A stretch of DNA of 64,000 nt from Mytilus trossulus. Taxonomy: Eukaryota. The notes beneath the pieces are model-generated. The model saw only the letters and a program-made list of their open reading frames with translations, was not told where the DNA came from and searched no databases. The translations under genes were made by a program, and so were the position numbers. The stretch is taken from assembly GCF_036588685.1 (NCBI RefSeq), contig NC_086382.1, positions 44,601,552 through 44,665,551 on the forward strand. The letters are read 5' to 3'. Of this stretch, positions 62,901 through 64,000 are shown piece after piece. Positions within the stretch are counted from its first letter, which is position 1. Every line of letters begins with the position of its first letter.

Positions 62901-63495
62901 ATGAGACGAAAACAAACTGGCAAACAGAAAAACTGATAAACAAATGTACACAAAACACAACACCAAAATTAAAGCTGAGCAAGACGAACCCTCCTTAAAC
63001 TGGTGATGATGCCTGGTGCACCGTATTAAGGATACGCATCTCCTGTTCCACAGCGGCACACAAAATTCACAAGTAGTATCCGATTCCGTAGACTATCTTG
63101 TTACTTTGTTTGACTTTAACTGTAAATTAAGATAAGAAGATGTGTTGTGATTGCCAATGAAACAACTCTCCATCAATGGTGACAATGTATTAAAAGTTAA
63201 CAATTAAACAATTCAAACAGCATACTTTATATTAAAAAAAAACCCACACCAAACGACAACCACTGAACATCAATTTGAATTACAATGCTTTGGCAAGCAT
63301 TTATACATACAACCATATCTTTAACTTGTTAGCATTAGGATAACAGCTTTTAGAACAGGAATAATATATAATACACATACTTACAAACGACAAATGACGT
63401 GATGCTATCCAGTCCAGGGCTATGTAAGCAAAGAATGACGGATAGATACTCCAAAATAGGTTGTAGAAAAAATACCACTCAAAATCAGAATTATC
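56802..63495 (-). CDS. HHAT: Hedgehog acyltransferase-like MBOAT gene (HHAT/GUP1 family), partial; the N-terminal exon(s) and last exon were not located
   Basis: The exon translations align in order along the whole length of HHAT as recalled from established knowledge. DNSDFEW matches HHAT D-x-(S/T)-DFEW. LLQVVHCTVMYLVCLLQSKSLVWILSIALISTL matches LLHTTISFCVAQFRSQLLTWLCSLLLLSTL. YYALMATLSLTHLRYTSFCLE matches YYLLQFTLTVRCLYYTSFSLE. FSYCFYYPLFFTGPIITYDDFSKQ matches LAYVFYYPVLHNGPILSFSEFIKQ. FWTFFIEFILHFLYVNAFQ matches WWWLAELMAHLMYMHAIY. YIYVPLGGS..FIWHG matches YVYIPVGGS..SYWHG, which holds the catalytic His. STFCFVGGSSIGNIYYQTIIVKG matches [23 protein letters not shown]. Confidence 0.75.
57331..57529 (-). 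CDS. HHAT: HHAT-like exon carrying the conserved catalytic His: YIYVPLGGSKGNTLQRLVCSASCFIFVFIWHGTEYYIFIWTLLNFIGISLEVFGNWVNKHTAVFHF
   Basis: The acceptor is ttattacag|A and the donor is TTT|gtaagt. No ORF-track entry covers it (wrong frame or under 60 aa). Confidence 0.7.
57985..58014 (-). CDS. HHAT: tentative 30-nt micro-exon of the HHAT-like gene: (K)WSYPIICLI(R)
   Basis: It bridges the roughly 12-aa segment between ..DMW(R/K) and (R)YIY(I/V)P(L/V)GG that HHAT/GUP1 possess (YFDVGLHNFLIR in HHAT) and that is otherwise absent when the 60.6-kb and 57.4-kb exons are joined directly. Its flanks are ttttggtag|A and AAG|gtaatg. Its phases (1 nt in, 2 nt out) are exactly those required by the neighbouring exons. 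It was found by eye and its sequence similarity is weak apart from the ..LIR ending. Confidence 0.35.
60561..60886 (-). CDS. HHAT: HHAT-like exon: MNESEKKTLKASELKSIAFRAIRVIFWTFFIEFILHFLYVNAFQHNVSTLENIDQWTLWGIGYCQSHFFMIKYWVLFGLPSVVARICGIVPPEGPNYVGHIYKYSDMW
   Basis: The acceptor is tttttag|ATG and the donor is TGGAA|gtaaga, leaving 2 nt. The ORF-track ORF 60557..60886 covers it. Confidence 0.7.
61646..61975 (-). CDS. HHAT: HHAT-like exon: NSLTPEDSRRNSYYALMATLSLTHLRYTSFCLERVEF..EVHFSLLDAFSYCFYYPLFFTGPIITYDDFSKQ
   Basis: The acceptor is ttttgtag|AAT and the donor is CAG|gtatga. It is 330 nt with phase 0-0. The ORF-track ORF 61640..61969 covers it. Confidence 0.7.
62551..62748 (-). CDS. HHAT: HHAT-like exon: IYRKMVCLSFSLILLIYLLGWKTMLLQVVHCTVMYLVCLLQSKSLVWILSIALISTLNIPTCVTWM
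   Basis: The acceptor is tttacag|ATT and the donor is ATG|gtaagt. The phase is 0-0 over 198 nt. The ORF-track ORF 62491..62736 covers part of it. Confidence 0.65.
63385..63495 (-). CDS. HHAT: HHAT-like exon: DNSDFEWYFFYNLFWSIYPSFFAYIALDWIASRHLSF
   Basis: The acceptor is tatttcag|GAT and the donor is TTT|gtaagt. The phase is 0-0 over 111 nt. Confidence 0.65.
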
Positions 63496-64000
63496 CTGAA
63501 ATACAGGTATTCAAATGAAACTATTTGATATATGAACAGTCATATCTACAGCAAAGACCATTCTAGTACGAACCAATTTTCGTGCAGCTGATAAGGTCGT
63601 TCATTTTTTATCGTCGATGGTTTTGTAATGTAAAGCTATACTTGTTAAGGAAGCTGGCTTGTCATGTTTTGGACTTTTTGTCAGATTTTGGAATCCTTTG
63701 CTTTTATCCATTTGAATGCCTTGAAAAAAAATTGCCCGGTGACCCTCATTTTTCTTTTTATAAATCTTTTACATGTATAATGATAAGCCATCTGTAAAAG
63801 TCTTATAAAATTTTAATTGTTTTTTAATAGTTTTTGAGATTTTAAACTTGTCAATGAGAAAGCTATGAAAAGTCAAGAGAGAATATTTTTCCCACCAAAA
63901 TGTTAATGGCTAATGTCTCGAAAACAAGCACGGTGACCTACATATTTTTTTGCTCTTTGGATTCCTTTATTTATCCCCTATCAATATAAACTAGTGTTTT

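Noticed and set aside
62621-63059. Minus-strand ORFs 62621..62839 and 62712..63059
   Set aside because: They are intron read-through next to the 62551-62748 HHAT-like exon. Only the frame giving ..LLQVVHCTVMYLVCLL.. aligns to HHAT, and it is bounded by the acceptor at 62748.
1-64000. Prokaryotic or phage interpretation implied by the six-frame ORF track
   Set aside because: There are no ORFs over 125 aa, no operon-like packing and no RBS-like patterns. Coding signal only appears after splicing with canonical GT-AG introns. The sequence is AT-rich and has metazoan-type SINEs and Tc1 elements. Some track start codons are non-ATG, for example TTG at 61967-61969.

Overview
This is an AT-rich (about two-thirds A+T) eukaryotic window, not a prokaryotic one. 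There are no long uninterrupted ORFs, and canonical GT..AG introns are plentiful. Short interspersed repeats, (AT)n microsatellites, minisatellites and a Tc1-type DNA transposon are abundant. The repeat families resemble those seen in bivalve-mollusc assemblies, but that is a low-confidence impression from memory. Nearly all entries in the supplied ORF track are translation artefacts of introns, repeats or satellites. The real coding content is split into exons on the minus strand.

Three protein-coding loci are supported:
- Gene B (19080-26793, minus strand) is an SLC22-family major-facilitator-superfamily (MFS) transporter gene, of the organic cation/anion transporter type. It has nine phase-consistent coding exons and encodes about 534 aa.
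- Copy A (1104-8373 within the window, minus strand) is a tandem paralogous copy of gene B lying downstream in the same orientation. It carries a 1-bp frameshift, a lost splice acceptor and an in-frame TAA, so it is probably a pseudogene. Its 3' exons lie beyond the window start.
- Gene C (about 56.8-63.5 kb, minus strand) is a hedgehog-acyltransferase-like MBOAT gene, a HHAT/GUP1 homologue. It retains the WHG catalytic histidine. Seven exons were found, including a tentative 30-nt micro-exon. The N-terminal and last exons were not located and may lie outside the window.

The rest of the window is mobile-element debris:
- A 1.3-kb Tc1-like element with perfect CAGT-type TIRs, TA duplications and a decayed transposase.
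- A MITE with about 50-bp TIRs.
- At least six SINE or other repeat families, including a tRNA-derived SINE arranged as a large inverted pair.
- A 1.7-kb local tandem duplication, a roughly 700-bp minisatellite, a 22-bp satellite array and a poly-G18 tract.
- Clusters of TGACGTCA (CRE-like) palindromes in two intergenic spots.

All coordinates were derived by hand and may be off by 1-2 bp.
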